From an uncultured Candidatus Saccharibacteria bacterium (GTDB taxonomy: Bacteria; Patescibacteriota; Doudnabacteria; UBA920): a stretch of 44,059 nt of DNA. The notes below the pieces were generated by a model. The model was not told where the DNA came from and searched no databases. It saw only the letters and a program-made list of their open reading frames with translations. Location: contig CAZYSI010000002.1 in the NCBI GenBank assembly GCA_964650345.1, forward strand, positions 1 through 44,059, written 5' to 3'. Below, in pieces: positions 33,344 through 41,259 of the stretch (within the stretch, counting starts at the first letter, position 1; each line of letters begins with the position of its first letter). Made by a program: the position numbers and the translations under genes.

Positions 33344-33415
33344 TGGTGGACGGAAGGGGAATCGAACCCCTCCGACTCAGGTACCAACCCTGGTCATGCC
33401 ACCAGGACTCCGCCC
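33344..33415 (-). tRNA. Aberrant tRNA-like gene, 72 nt including encoded CCA; possible pseudogene
   Basis: Minus strand: GGGCGGA GTCCTGGTGGCATGA CCAGG GTTGGTA CCTGA GTCGG AGGGG TTCGATT CCCCT TCCGTCC A CCA. The T-arm is canonical and the 7-bp acceptor has G3-U70. The anticodon-like loop has U33 and UGG. Only 15 nt are available for positions 8-26, about 5 nt too few for a normal D-arm. Confidence 0.5.
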
Positions 33416-33505
33416 ATTGGTAAATCATAAAGAAATGGAGTTCAAGAACACATAAAGTTTTTCCCAAGAATATGGGAAAAAACTTCGCGCAGTTAAGGAT
33501 AAAAT

Positions 33506-33516
33506 TGTGGTATAAT
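33506..33516 (+). promoter_or_regulatory. Extended -10 element (TGTGGTATAAT) for dnaX, near-leaderless
   Basis: tgtggtataat ends 9 nt before the dnaX ATG at 33526. Confidence 0.55.
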
Positions 33517-33525
33517 TAAGCTAAT

Positions 33526-35070
33526 ATGGCTGTGTTTTATCAACAATATAGACCGCAGCGTTTTGCTGATGTAGTTGGACAAGAACCAATTGTTCAAACT
33601 CTCAAAAACGCAGCAGATAATAACGCTCTAGCGCATGCGTATTTGTTTACGGGAAGCCGTGGGGTAGGGAAGACAACCCTAGCTCGACTGTTGGCCAAGG
33701 CAGCTAATTGTCAGAAATTAGACAAGGGTGATCCATGTGGTAAATGCGATGTATGCATGGCTGTGGCTAATGGCTCATCTTTAGATATTATTGAAATTGA
33801 TGCTGCCTCTCACACAGGAGTAGATAACGTTCGTGAATTCATAGAGCATGCCCAATTCCGTCCAACTACTATGGCGCGGAAAGTTTTTATTATCGATGAG
33901 GTGCATATGCTTTCCAAAGCAGCCTTTAATGCACTCTTGAAAACTTTAGAAGAGCCACCAGAGCATGTGATGTTCATTTTAGCAACAACAGATATAGAAA
34001 AAGTGCCGGCAACGATTGCTTCACGCACCCAACGGTTCGATTTTAAGCGCATTAATCCGGAGCAAATGACAGAGGCGCTAGCAGTAATTGCAAAACATCA
34101 AAAATTGAAATTACCCGAAGGAGTTATTGAGGCAGTCGTGGCACAAGCCGAAGGTAGTATGCGCGATGCACTTAGTCGGTTAAACATGGTTGCTTCGTTG
34201 GGTGAAAAAATTTCTTTAGCCGAGGCGGAAAATTTGCTTGGAGTAACCCCTCGTAGTTTGGTGCAAGAATTAGTGGGACACATTGTTAATCACAACTCTG
34301 GTAAGCTGCCGGAATTTTTCGAAGCAGCCTTAGCTAAAGGAGCTGATCCGCTCGTATTTAACCGCAGTATTCTAATTTATTTACGCCATTTATTGAGCGC
34401 CAAATTAACTGGCACAGTACCTGCGGAGTTAAAAGATGATGCAGGCTTTGCAGAGCAGGTAAATAATATTCAATTGCCGCAGTTGTTATTTACTGTGCGG
34501 TTGTTTTTGCGCTCGTATAAAGAGTTGGGATATGCGCCATCTCCGGAATTACCGCTCTTACTCGCTTCTATTGAAGCTAGTATGCAGGGACAAGGTAGTG
34601 GAAGTGAAGTAGTCGCTATGCAGACTCAAAAGCCTCAGTCAGCGCCAGCAAAAACAGTTGAGCCTACTAAATCTGTTGAAAAAGTGGTAGCGGTGACCCA
34701 AGAGCCTGCTGTTTTAGATACTCAAGATGCTCCGGACAGCGTTAGTATGGAAGAATTACAATCCTGGTGGCCAGAGGTTATTAATCGAGTGAAGATTCAT
34801 AATAGTCCAATAGCAACTTTGCTCAAGAATTCACCAGTGACAGAAGTAGAAAATGGCCGAGTAACAGTGGCAGTAAAATACCTTTTCCATAAAGAACACT
34901 TAGATAATAAGAAACATTCCCAATTAGTAGTTCAGGCTATAAACGATGTCAGTGGGAAAAATTTACAATTTAAGTCGATTATTAAAAATAATTCCTTAGA
35001 ACCGATAACTAATACCGTGGACGCCTTAAGTGATGCATTAAAGGTGTTTGGCGGCGAACTCGTAGAATAA
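33526..35070 (+). CDS. dnaX: DNA polymerase III subunit gamma/tau
   Basis: YRPQRF.DVVGQE......L.NA......HAYLFTGSRGVGKTT.AR..AK..NC, zinc module CGKCDVC, and Walker B IIDEVHMLS. Confidence 0.95.
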   Translation: MAVFYQQYRPQRFADVVGQEPIVQTLKNAADNNALAHAYLFTGSRGVGKTTLARLLAKAANCQKLDKGDPCGKCDVCMAVANGSSLDIIEIDAASHTGVDNVREFIEHAQFRPTTMARKVFIIDEVHMLSKAAFNALLKTLEEPPEHVMFILATTDIEKVPATIASRTQRFDFKRINPEQMTEALAVIAKHQKLKLPEGVIEAVVAQAEGSMRDALSRLNMVASLGEKISLAEAENLLGVTPRSLVQELVGHIVNHNSGKLPEFFEAALAKGADPLVFNRSILIYLRHLLSAKLTGTVPAELKDDAGFAEQVNNIQLPQLLFTVRLFLRSYKELGYAPSPELPLLLASIEASMQGQGSGSEVVAMQTQKPQSAPAKTVEPTKSVEKVVAVTQEPAVLDTQDAPDSVSMEELQSWWPEVINRVKIHNSPIATLLKNSPVTEVENGRVTVAVKYLFHKEHLDNKKHSQLVVQAINDVSGKNLQFKSIIKNNSLEPITNTVDALSDALKVFGGELVE

Positions 35071-35120
35071 AAATTTACTAAAATAATTTTAAAATTAAAA
35101 TCAAATAAAACTAAAAACAA

Positions 35121-36722
35121 ATGGATTTTACTAATACCCCACGCAAATATTTAATCGGCTTTATTTTGGTCATAGTACTAATTCTCGCTATGATCACTTC
35201 CCTTAACCCTGGGACGTTAATGTTCCGCGATCCGACAGATTACGATGCTCAGCGAAAAGTAGCAGAAGCTGAAGCTCAGCAATATAACGAACTGTTAGCG
35301 AGCCTGGAGCCAAACTATGAAGCTAGTCAGCAGTTGTTAGAGAAAATTGCCACTGAAGACATTGTTAAGAAGGAAGTTGAGACTGCTCTAAAAATTAACC
35401 AAAAAGTTACTATTCCTACGGTAGCAGACTCTGAGTTTACTATTGCCCCACGCGGTGACCGTCCAGCGATGGTAGATTACGTCACGCGCTTGGGTTCAAT
35501 ATTTGAAAATTATAATACCGAAACCGAGCTCGCTCGCAATCAGGTGTATGGAGATTCAGCAGATAGTAACCAAATTGTGGCAGCGCGTGCTAAAACCGAA
35601 AGACTGGCTCAGAACTTGCGTGGTCTGCCTGTTCCAGCAGAAGCTTTGCCTATCCAAAAAGCTTATCTTGTTGCGTACGACAGCTATGAATCTTTTTTGA
35701 ATACCGCCGCAGAATATGCAAAGGGTATAAATCCTGAACCATGGGATGAAAACTATAACAACTACCGAGTGATAGATAATCGATTAGCTGTTGCAAATAT
35801 AGAGCTCGACAAGCTCTCTAAAAAATACGCCTTGGATTTGCCTATGCCAGAAGATTTACTGGCTAATTCTAACCGCTCGGAAGGTTTCTCTATAGTTAAA
35901 ACAGCGAATGCACAGATTGGAATAACTACCGTAATAGATATTAAAGCTGCTGCTGAGGTTGGTATACGAGCTGGGTTAGCACGGTCATTCGCTAAGTTCG
36001 CTACCACCATGCTCGACAAATTAGTCGGTCATATTGAGAAAAGTTTCGCAATTGCTAGCCAGCTGTATTACTCACAAGATCTTGGTCGTTACTACTCTGT
36101 CGAATATATGAAGAAGTTCGTGGCAGACCCGACAGAACAAGATATTATTCAAAAGTTTTTACCACAATATTTTTGTGTAAATCCAAAAGCTGGGGAATTA
36201 AAACAGATCTTTACTGCTAAGGCACGGGCGAATCAGGGCTCAGATATCGTAATTGACCCGAATGATCCGCAATTCTTAGACAAACTAGCTCGGCTTGGCG
36301 GTGACGCAAGGAATTATCCGCAGTGGTGGGAAGAATACTATACGACTTTAGCAGCACAAACCCAGCAAGCAGCCGAAGCTGCAGCAACGAAAGAAGTGCT
36401 TAGCCCAGGCTTAAAGTCTGGCCGCGATATAGTCACCGGACAAATTAATAAAACTATGTCATCAATATTTAACGTTCAGCAAGCAGCAATTTCTGGCAGC
36501 ATTCAGCTTGGAACTAGTAATGCTGAAAATGTCGTAAGTCAGATTGTGGCGGGAATTGTTGAGAACATGGTTAACAAATTTGTGTTTACACCAATTTCTG
36601 GTGGCGCCTCCAGTGGCGGTGGAGGAATCGGTGTAATTGGTGAAAAGAACGTTTGTTTAAACACAGCCCAACTTAAACCAATTGTCTCCGTTCCAAGCAC
36701 GCCAACTTTTTCGGGAAATTAA
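35121..36722 (+). CDS. Hypothetical N-terminally anchored protein (533 aa)
   Basis: Single TM helix YLIGFILVIVLILAMITSL. Helical extracytoplasmic body and a Gly-rich C-terminus (GGASSGGGGIG). No recognised motif. Confidence 0.65.
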   Translation: MDFTNTPRKYLIGFILVIVLILAMITSLNPGTLMFRDPTDYDAQRKVAEAEAQQYNELLASLEPNYEASQQLLEKIATEDIVKKEVETALKINQKVTIPTVADSEFTIAPRGDRPAMVDYVTRLGSIFENYNTETELARNQVYGDSADSNQIVAARAKTERLAQNLRGLPVPAEALPIQKAYLVAYDSYESFLNTAAEYAKGINPEPWDENYNNYRVIDNRLAVANIELDKLSKKYALDLPMPEDLLANSNRSEGFSIVKTANAQIGITTVIDIKAAAEVGIRAGLARSFAKFATTMLDKLVGHIEKSFAIASQLYYSQDLGRYYSVEYMKKFVADPTEQDIIQKFLPQYFCVNPKAGELKQIFTAKARANQGSDIVIDPNDPQFLDKLARLGGDARNYPQWWEEYYTTLAAQTQQAAEAAATKEVLSPGLKSGRDIVTGQINKTMSSIFNVQQAAISGSIQLGTSNAENVVSQIVAGIVENMVNKFVFTPISGGASSGGGGIGVIGEKNVCLNTAQLKPIVSVPSTPTFSGN

Positions 36723-36741
36723 ATCAATCTAAAAATAATTA

Positions 36742-37122
36742 ATGAGAATTTTAGGAATAGACTACGGCAGTAAACGGGTAGGGTTGGCGATTTCTGATGA
36801 ATCGCATACTCTGGCGCGAGAATTTGGCATTCAGTCGCCAGAGCAGTTTTGGAAAGAGATTGAAGGCTTAGTAGCAGAACAGGAGATCGAACGAATTATT
36901 ATTGGCTTGCCTCTGAATATGTCTGGGGAGCCGACTGATTCAACTAGGCGTGTTCAAGAATTTTGCGATAAGCTCGAGGAAAAAGTCTCAATTCCTATTG
37001 AATATATGGACGAGCGACTTTCTAGTGTCATGGCTGGTAATTTGCCAGGCGGTAAAAAAGATATAGATAGCCTAGCTGCGCAAATCATCTTGCAGAACTA
37101 TTTAGATCGCCAAAAACAGTAG
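36742..37122 (+). CDS. ruvX: Holliday junction resolvase-like nuclease RuvX/YqgF
   Basis: MRILGIDYGSKRVGLAISD ... IIIGLPLNMSG ... F...L ... DER.SS. Confidence 0.9.
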   Translation: MRILGIDYGSKRVGLAISDESHTLAREFGIQSPEQFWKEIEGLVAEQEIERIIIGLPLNMSGEPTDSTRRVQEFCDKLEEKVSIPIEYMDERLSSVMAGNLPGGKKDIDSLAAQIILQNYLDRQKQ

Positions 37123-37146
37123 CGCAAACAATTATTTTAACTTTCA

Positions 37147-38148
37147 ATGTCAGAATTTAGACAAAATCCAATTACTAAACAGTGGGTACTCATCGCCCCG
37201 ACCCGTTCTAAACGCCCGGAAGACTTTAAAACTTATAGCGTGATGGCTGGTTTGCCGGAGCTGGATTCAAAGTGTGTGTTTTGCCCAGGTAATGAAAATT
37301 TGAATCCGGATCTGTGTGATGATGTTTGTCGGATTCCTAACGACAATAATTGGCAGCTGCGTGTTATTCCTAATAAGTACCACGCCTTGGATCATAGCCC
37401 AGTGCTGTCTCAGCGCGAGTTTTACCAATCACGTGCAGGCTATGGTGACCATGAAGTAATCGTTACTAGAAAACATAACGAGCCAGTAGCGATGCAGTCG
37501 GCTCAGCTCATTGCTTTAACTTTGAAGAATTTCAAAGAACGAATTGAAATTTTAAGTCGTGATGAAAAAAATGCCTATGTTCAGGTTTTTCATAACCACG
37601 GGCGCGATGCTGGTGCATCGCTGGTACATCCGCATTACCAGATTCTCACTTCACCAATGGTGCCGCCACATATTCATTCTGAAATTTCTGGGGCGTACCA
37701 TTATTATCAAAATCATGGTATATGTATTTACTGCGATATCATGGAAGAAGAAGCAAGGTTGGGAGAGCGTCTAGTGTATGAAGATGAACATTTTATGGTA
37801 GTTTCGGCTTATGCTTCACGCAAGCCGTTTGAGACTTGGATTTTACCTAAGCGACATACGGCACGGTATGAAGATATTTCTGAAGTCGAAATAACCCATC
37901 TGTCTCATGTCTTAAAACACGTCTTAGGGGCTTTGTATACTAAGTTATCTGATCCACCGCTTAATTTTTACATCCATACAATGCCAGTTAAGCGTGAGCG
38001 TACTACGATGCATGAAGAGGGGAGTTACCATTGGCACTTAACTATTTTCCCTCGCTTAACAATTTGGGCTGGGTTTGAGTATGCAACAGGTATTCCAGTT
38101 AATCCAGTAACTCCGGAAGAAACTGCCAAGTTTTTAAGAGGAGATTAA
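37147..38148 (+). CDS. galT: Galactose-1-phosphate uridylyltransferase-like HIT-family nucleotidyltransferase
   Basis: R.NP.T..WV.IAP.R..RP, CVFCPGNE, VIPNKYHAL, and active-site HPHYQI (HxHxQ). Confidence 0.7.
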   Translation: MSEFRQNPITKQWVLIAPTRSKRPEDFKTYSVMAGLPELDSKCVFCPGNENLNPDLCDDVCRIPNDNNWQLRVIPNKYHALDHSPVLSQREFYQSRAGYGDHEVIVTRKHNEPVAMQSAQLIALTLKNFKERIEILSRDEKNAYVQVFHNHGRDAGASLVHPHYQILTSPMVPPHIHSEISGAYHYYQNHGICIYCDIMEEEARLGERLVYEDEHFMVVSAYASRKPFETWILPKRHTARYEDISEVEITHLSHVLKHVLGALYTKLSDPPLNFYIHTMPVKRERTTMHEEGSYHWHLTIFPRLTIWAGFEYATGIPVNPVTPEETAKFLRGD

Positions 38149-38173
38149 ATTTACAAAATTTTAGAATAATTTT

Positions 38174-38857
38174 ATGAGAAAACTAATAATCGGTAACTGG
38201 AAATTGAACCCAATGACAGTGCAGGAAGCTGTTGCGCTGGCTGCTCGGATAGAAATATCTACAATTAATGATGTAGTTATTTGCCCACCCCTGCCGTTTC
38301 TGGAGTCAATTGAATATCCACATGTAGGGGCACAAGATTGCTCCCCACATATAAAAGGCGCATACACAGGCGAAGTTTCACCAGCACAGTTAGCTAGTAT
38401 GGGTATTAAATATTGTATTGTTGGCCATAGCGAACGTCGTGCTATGGGTGAAACTGACGAAATGGTGAATGCCAAAGTTAAATCTTTACTAGACTACAAA
38501 ATTACTCCAGTGGTCTGTGTGGGTTTTGGCACGACTGTAAAAGAAGATACTTTGGAAGTTGCAGATGTTATTGGCGAACAGATTGCGCTAGCTTTAGAAG
38601 ATGTCGATCCAACTAAAGTGGTTGTGGCCTATGAGCCGGTTTGGGCAATTGGTACCAAGAATGCCGCTACTGCAGAACATGCTGAACAAATCGCTTTATA
38701 CATTACCACGAAACATGGGGTGAAGCGAGTATTGTATGGTGGTAGTGTGAATGGTAATAATGCAGAAGATTATTTGTCACAGCCCCACATTTCAGGGTTG
38801 CTAGTTGGTGGTGCTAGCTTGCTGCCGGATGATTTTAATAAAATTGTTGCACTGTAA
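38174..38857 (+). CDS. tpiA: Triosephosphate isomerase
   Basis: IIGNWKLN, GAYTGEVS, CIVGHSERR, AYEPVWAIGT, YGGSV. Confidence 0.95.
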   Translation: MRKLIIGNWKLNPMTVQEAVALAARIEISTINDVVICPPLPFLESIEYPHVGAQDCSPHIKGAYTGEVSPAQLASMGIKYCIVGHSERRAMGETDEMVNAKVKSLLDYKITPVVCVGFGTTVKEDTLEVADVIGEQIALALEDVDPTKVVVAYEPVWAIGTKNAATAEHAEQIALYITTKHGVKRVLYGGSVNGNNAEDYLSQPHISGLLVGGASLLPDDFNKIVAL

Positions 38858-38886
38858 TTTTGAACTAAATATAATTTTCAAATTCT

Positions 38887-39330
38887 ATGATATACATTGG
38901 TGCTGACCACGGCGGTTACAAAATGAAGGAGCAATTAAAAAAGTTTCTAAAAAAACAGAAGCTTGAGTTCGTTGATGCTGGCGCCAAAAGTCTGAAGGCA
39001 GGGGATGACTACCCTGATTATGCAAAAATTGTAGGTAAAAAGGTGTCACAAAATCCAATGGCTAACTCAGGAATATTGATTTGCCGCAGCGGGCAGGGTG
39101 TTTGCATGGTCGCGAATAAGTTTGTTCACGTTCGCGCAGCTTTAGTTTGGAATACAAAAGAAGCTGAAATGTCACGCAAGGATGATATGTCCAATGTTTT
39201 ATGTTTACCCTCAGATTATATTTCACAAAAAGATGCAGAAGCGATTGTAGATGTGTGGTTGAAGACTCCTTACTCGACGGAAGCGCGACATTTGAGAAGA
39301 GTAAAAAAAATCAGCGCCCTGGAGAAGTGA
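38887..39330 (+). CDS. rpiB: Ribose-5-phosphate isomerase B (RpiB/LacA/LacB family)
   Basis: IYIGADHGGYKMKE, GILICRSGQGVCMVANK, VRAAL, N.LCLP. Confidence 0.9.
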   Translation: MIYIGADHGGYKMKEQLKKFLKKQKLEFVDAGAKSLKAGDDYPDYAKIVGKKVSQNPMANSGILICRSGQGVCMVANKFVHVRAALVWNTKEAEMSRKDDMSNVLCLPSDYISQKDAEAIVDVWLKTPYSTEARHLRRVKKISALEK

Positions 39331-39336
39331 TAATTA

Positions 39337-39374
39337 AAAAAATCTCTAACCACCGATTGTGATTTGAGATTTTT
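39337..39374. terminator. Bidirectional terminator between convergent genes
   Basis: aaaaatctc (39337-39345) / gagattttt (39366-39374) with a 20-nt loop, between rpiB (+) and the 39396-39683 ORF (-). Confidence 0.55.
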
Positions 39375-39395
39375 TGTGGGATAGAACTCTAGTTT

Positions 39396-39683
39396 TTATT
39401 CGTATGGGTCTGGATCAGTATTTAGCTCCTGACCGCAATCAGGGCAAAACCTGATAAAGTTGAGAAACTGGTTATTTCCGTCAAAGAGTGCAGGTTTTCC
39501 TTCTAAGGAACCGACACGTCGACGAATTTCGCCGCTTTCTGAATAGGGCGATGAGCAGTAGATGTAATGATAATCAGCGTGGCCGTTATTGGCCATATGG
39601 CCATAGGCCATTTGATCAGCATACAGGTACTCTTCCTCTGAATCGATAAACGCGTGGTGCGCGCAACAAGTTCTAATAGACAT
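39396..39683 (-). CDS. Small Cys/His-rich zinc-ribbon-like protein (95 aa)
   Basis: CC.HH near the N-terminus and CPDC near the C-terminus. Strong GGAGG lies 5-6 nt before the ATG. It has its own consensus promoter. Confidence 0.6.
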   Translation of the reverse strand: MSIRTCCAHHAFIDSEEEYLYADQMAYGHMANNGHADYHYIYCSSPYSESGEIRRRVGSLEGKPALFDGNNQFLNFIRFCPDCGQELNTDPDPYE

Positions 39684-39717
39684 AGTAACCTCCGTGGTTT
39701 TTTATTCGAACTATTAT

Positions 39718-39746
39718 ATTATAGCATAAATAATTATATTTGTCAA
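39718..39746 (-). promoter_or_regulatory. Consensus sigma70 promoter (minus strand) for the zinc-ribbon ORF
   Basis: The minus strand reads TTGACA-17 nt-TATAAT with TGC just upstream of the -10. On the plus strand, tgtcaa is at 39741-39746 and attata at 39718-39723. Confidence 0.7.
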
Positions 39747-39771
39747 TAGGAACTGAAAAAGCCTCAAAAAC

Positions 39772-40428
39772 ATGATAATCCCAGCCATATTAGAAAAAAC
39801 TTCGCATGGATTTGCGGAAAAAATAGCATTACTTGCTTCCCTGAAAAGTAAAGTAAAAACAATTCAGGTAGATTTTGCTGATGGTCTTTTTGTGCCCAAC
39901 GAAACCATGGGTATTCACGATTTTGCTGAAATTGGGGATTTATCAAAGAAATACACTTGGGAAGCGCATCTTATGGTTATTAAGCCGCAAAACTTTGCTG
40001 ACTATAAAACTGCTGGGTTTAATACAATAATTGTTCATTACGAATCTTTTGATAGCGAACAACAACTAGAAGATGCTCTAGAGGCAATAGCAAGACTTGG
40101 TCTTAAGCCAGTCATTGCTATTAACCCCCATACATCAGTGTCAGTGCTTCGCTATTTTACAGATACTATTAATCAATTTACGATTCTTTCAGTTGAGCCA
40201 GGAAGGCAAGGAAATCCATTTTTACGCGAAAGCATTGAACGAGTGAAAATGTTGAGAGAAATGGCCCCAAATGCTACAATTGAGGTAGATGGTGGGATAA
40301 ATGTCAGCAATGCATCAGCCCTCCTAAACGCAGGCGCAGACTACCTTGCCGTAGGTAGCGCGCTGTTTGAAACAGAACACGTAAAACAAAACTTCGAACA
40401 AATTGAATCTGCAGGAACTACAATATAA
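39772..40428 (+). CDS. rpe: Ribulose-phosphate 3-epimerase
   Basis: IIPAIL, VDFADGLFVPNETMG, HLMV, VEPGRQGNPF, VDGGIN. Confidence 0.9.
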   Translation: MIIPAILEKTSHGFAEKIALLASLKSKVKTIQVDFADGLFVPNETMGIHDFAEIGDLSKKYTWEAHLMVIKPQNFADYKTAGFNTIIVHYESFDSEQQLEDALEAIARLGLKPVIAINPHTSVSVLRYFTDTINQFTILSVEPGRQGNPFLRESIERVKMLREMAPNATIEVDGGINVSNASALLNAGADYLAVGSALFETEHVKQNFEQIESAGTTI

Positions 40429-41245
40429 GGCTAATGATATCCGTCAGGACATAGTTAGCATGCTTGTCGAGGCCGGCTCTGGTCACAGTGCCGGACCTTT
40501 AGGATTAGCAGACATTTTTACGGCCCTGTATTTTAAAGTGATGAAACACGATCCAACTCACCCGGAGTGGAATGGGCGTGATCGTTTGGTGTTGTCGTGC
40601 GGGCATACTTGCCCGGTGTTGTACGCATCTTTAGCAGAAGCTGGATATTTTCCAGTTGAAGAGCTGAAGACTTTGCGCAAGTTCGGTACTCGCTTGCATG
40701 GTCACCCACACAATTTGGCGTTGCCAGGAATTGAAACCAGTAGTGGTCCTTTAGGACAAGGAAGCAGTCAGGCTGTAGGTATGGCATTGGCGTTTCGTAT
40801 GGACGGCCTCCGTAATCGTGTTTACCTGATTATGTCAGATGGCGAACAAAATGAAGGACAAATTTGGGAAGCGGTTATGCTAGCTGGTAAAGAGAAACTT
40901 CACAACCTCACTGCAATAATTGATCGTAACAATATTCAAATTGACGGTTTCACTGAAGACGTTATGCCATTAGAAAATTTGCGCGAAAAGTACGAAGCCT
41001 TTAACTGGCATGTCTTAGAGGTTGATGGGCATAACATAGATGCGATTATTAATGCCTATAAAGAAGCAGAAGCGATTTACGAAAAACCTACTGTTATTAT
41101 TGCGCATACTATTCCCGGCAAAGGTGTAGATTTTATGGAAGGCCGGTATGAGTGGCATGGCAAGCCACCATCAAAAGAAGAAGCTAAAGTTGCGCTACAA
41201 GAATTGCGCACACTTGGTGGAAAAATTAAAAGTGAGCATGAGTAA
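40403..41245 (+). CDS. tkt: Transketolase, N-terminal (thiamine-diphosphate-binding) subunit
   Basis: AGSGHSAGPLG, RDRLVLSCGH, HGHP, GPLGQG, SDGEQNEGQ.WEA, IDRN. Overlaps the rpe 3' end by 26 nt. Confidence 0.93.
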   Translation: MNLQELQYKANDIRQDIVSMLVEAGSGHSAGPLGLADIFTALYFKVMKHDPTHPEWNGRDRLVLSCGHTCPVLYASLAEAGYFPVEELKTLRKFGTRLHGHPHNLALPGIETSSGPLGQGSSQAVGMALAFRMDGLRNRVYLIMSDGEQNEGQIWEAVMLAGKEKLHNLTAIIDRNNIQIDGFTEDVMPLENLREKYEAFNWHVLEVDGHNIDAIINAYKEAEAIYEKPTVIIAHTIPGKGVDFMEGRYEWHGKPPSKEEAKVALQELRTLGGKIKSEHE

Positions 41246-41259
41246 TTAACATCGAATAT

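Noticed and set aside
33213-33525. Considered whether the region upstream of dnaX encodes SRP (4.5S) RNA, as in some bacteria. Also considered whether the G3-U70 tRNA-like element is part of a tmRNA.
   Set aside because: I could not find the conserved SRP domain IV motif (GGAA tetraloop with flanking AGCA/GNAR context). The acceptor halves are only 72 nt apart, far too short for a one-piece tmRNA, and there is no tag ORF. Only an Infernal/Rfam scan can exclude these rigorously.
33526-35070. Looked for a dnaX programmed -1 frameshift site (A AAA AAG-type slippery heptamer with a downstream hairpin).
   Set aside because: I saw no such heptamer in frame within the gene, so a single tau/gamma-length product is assumed.
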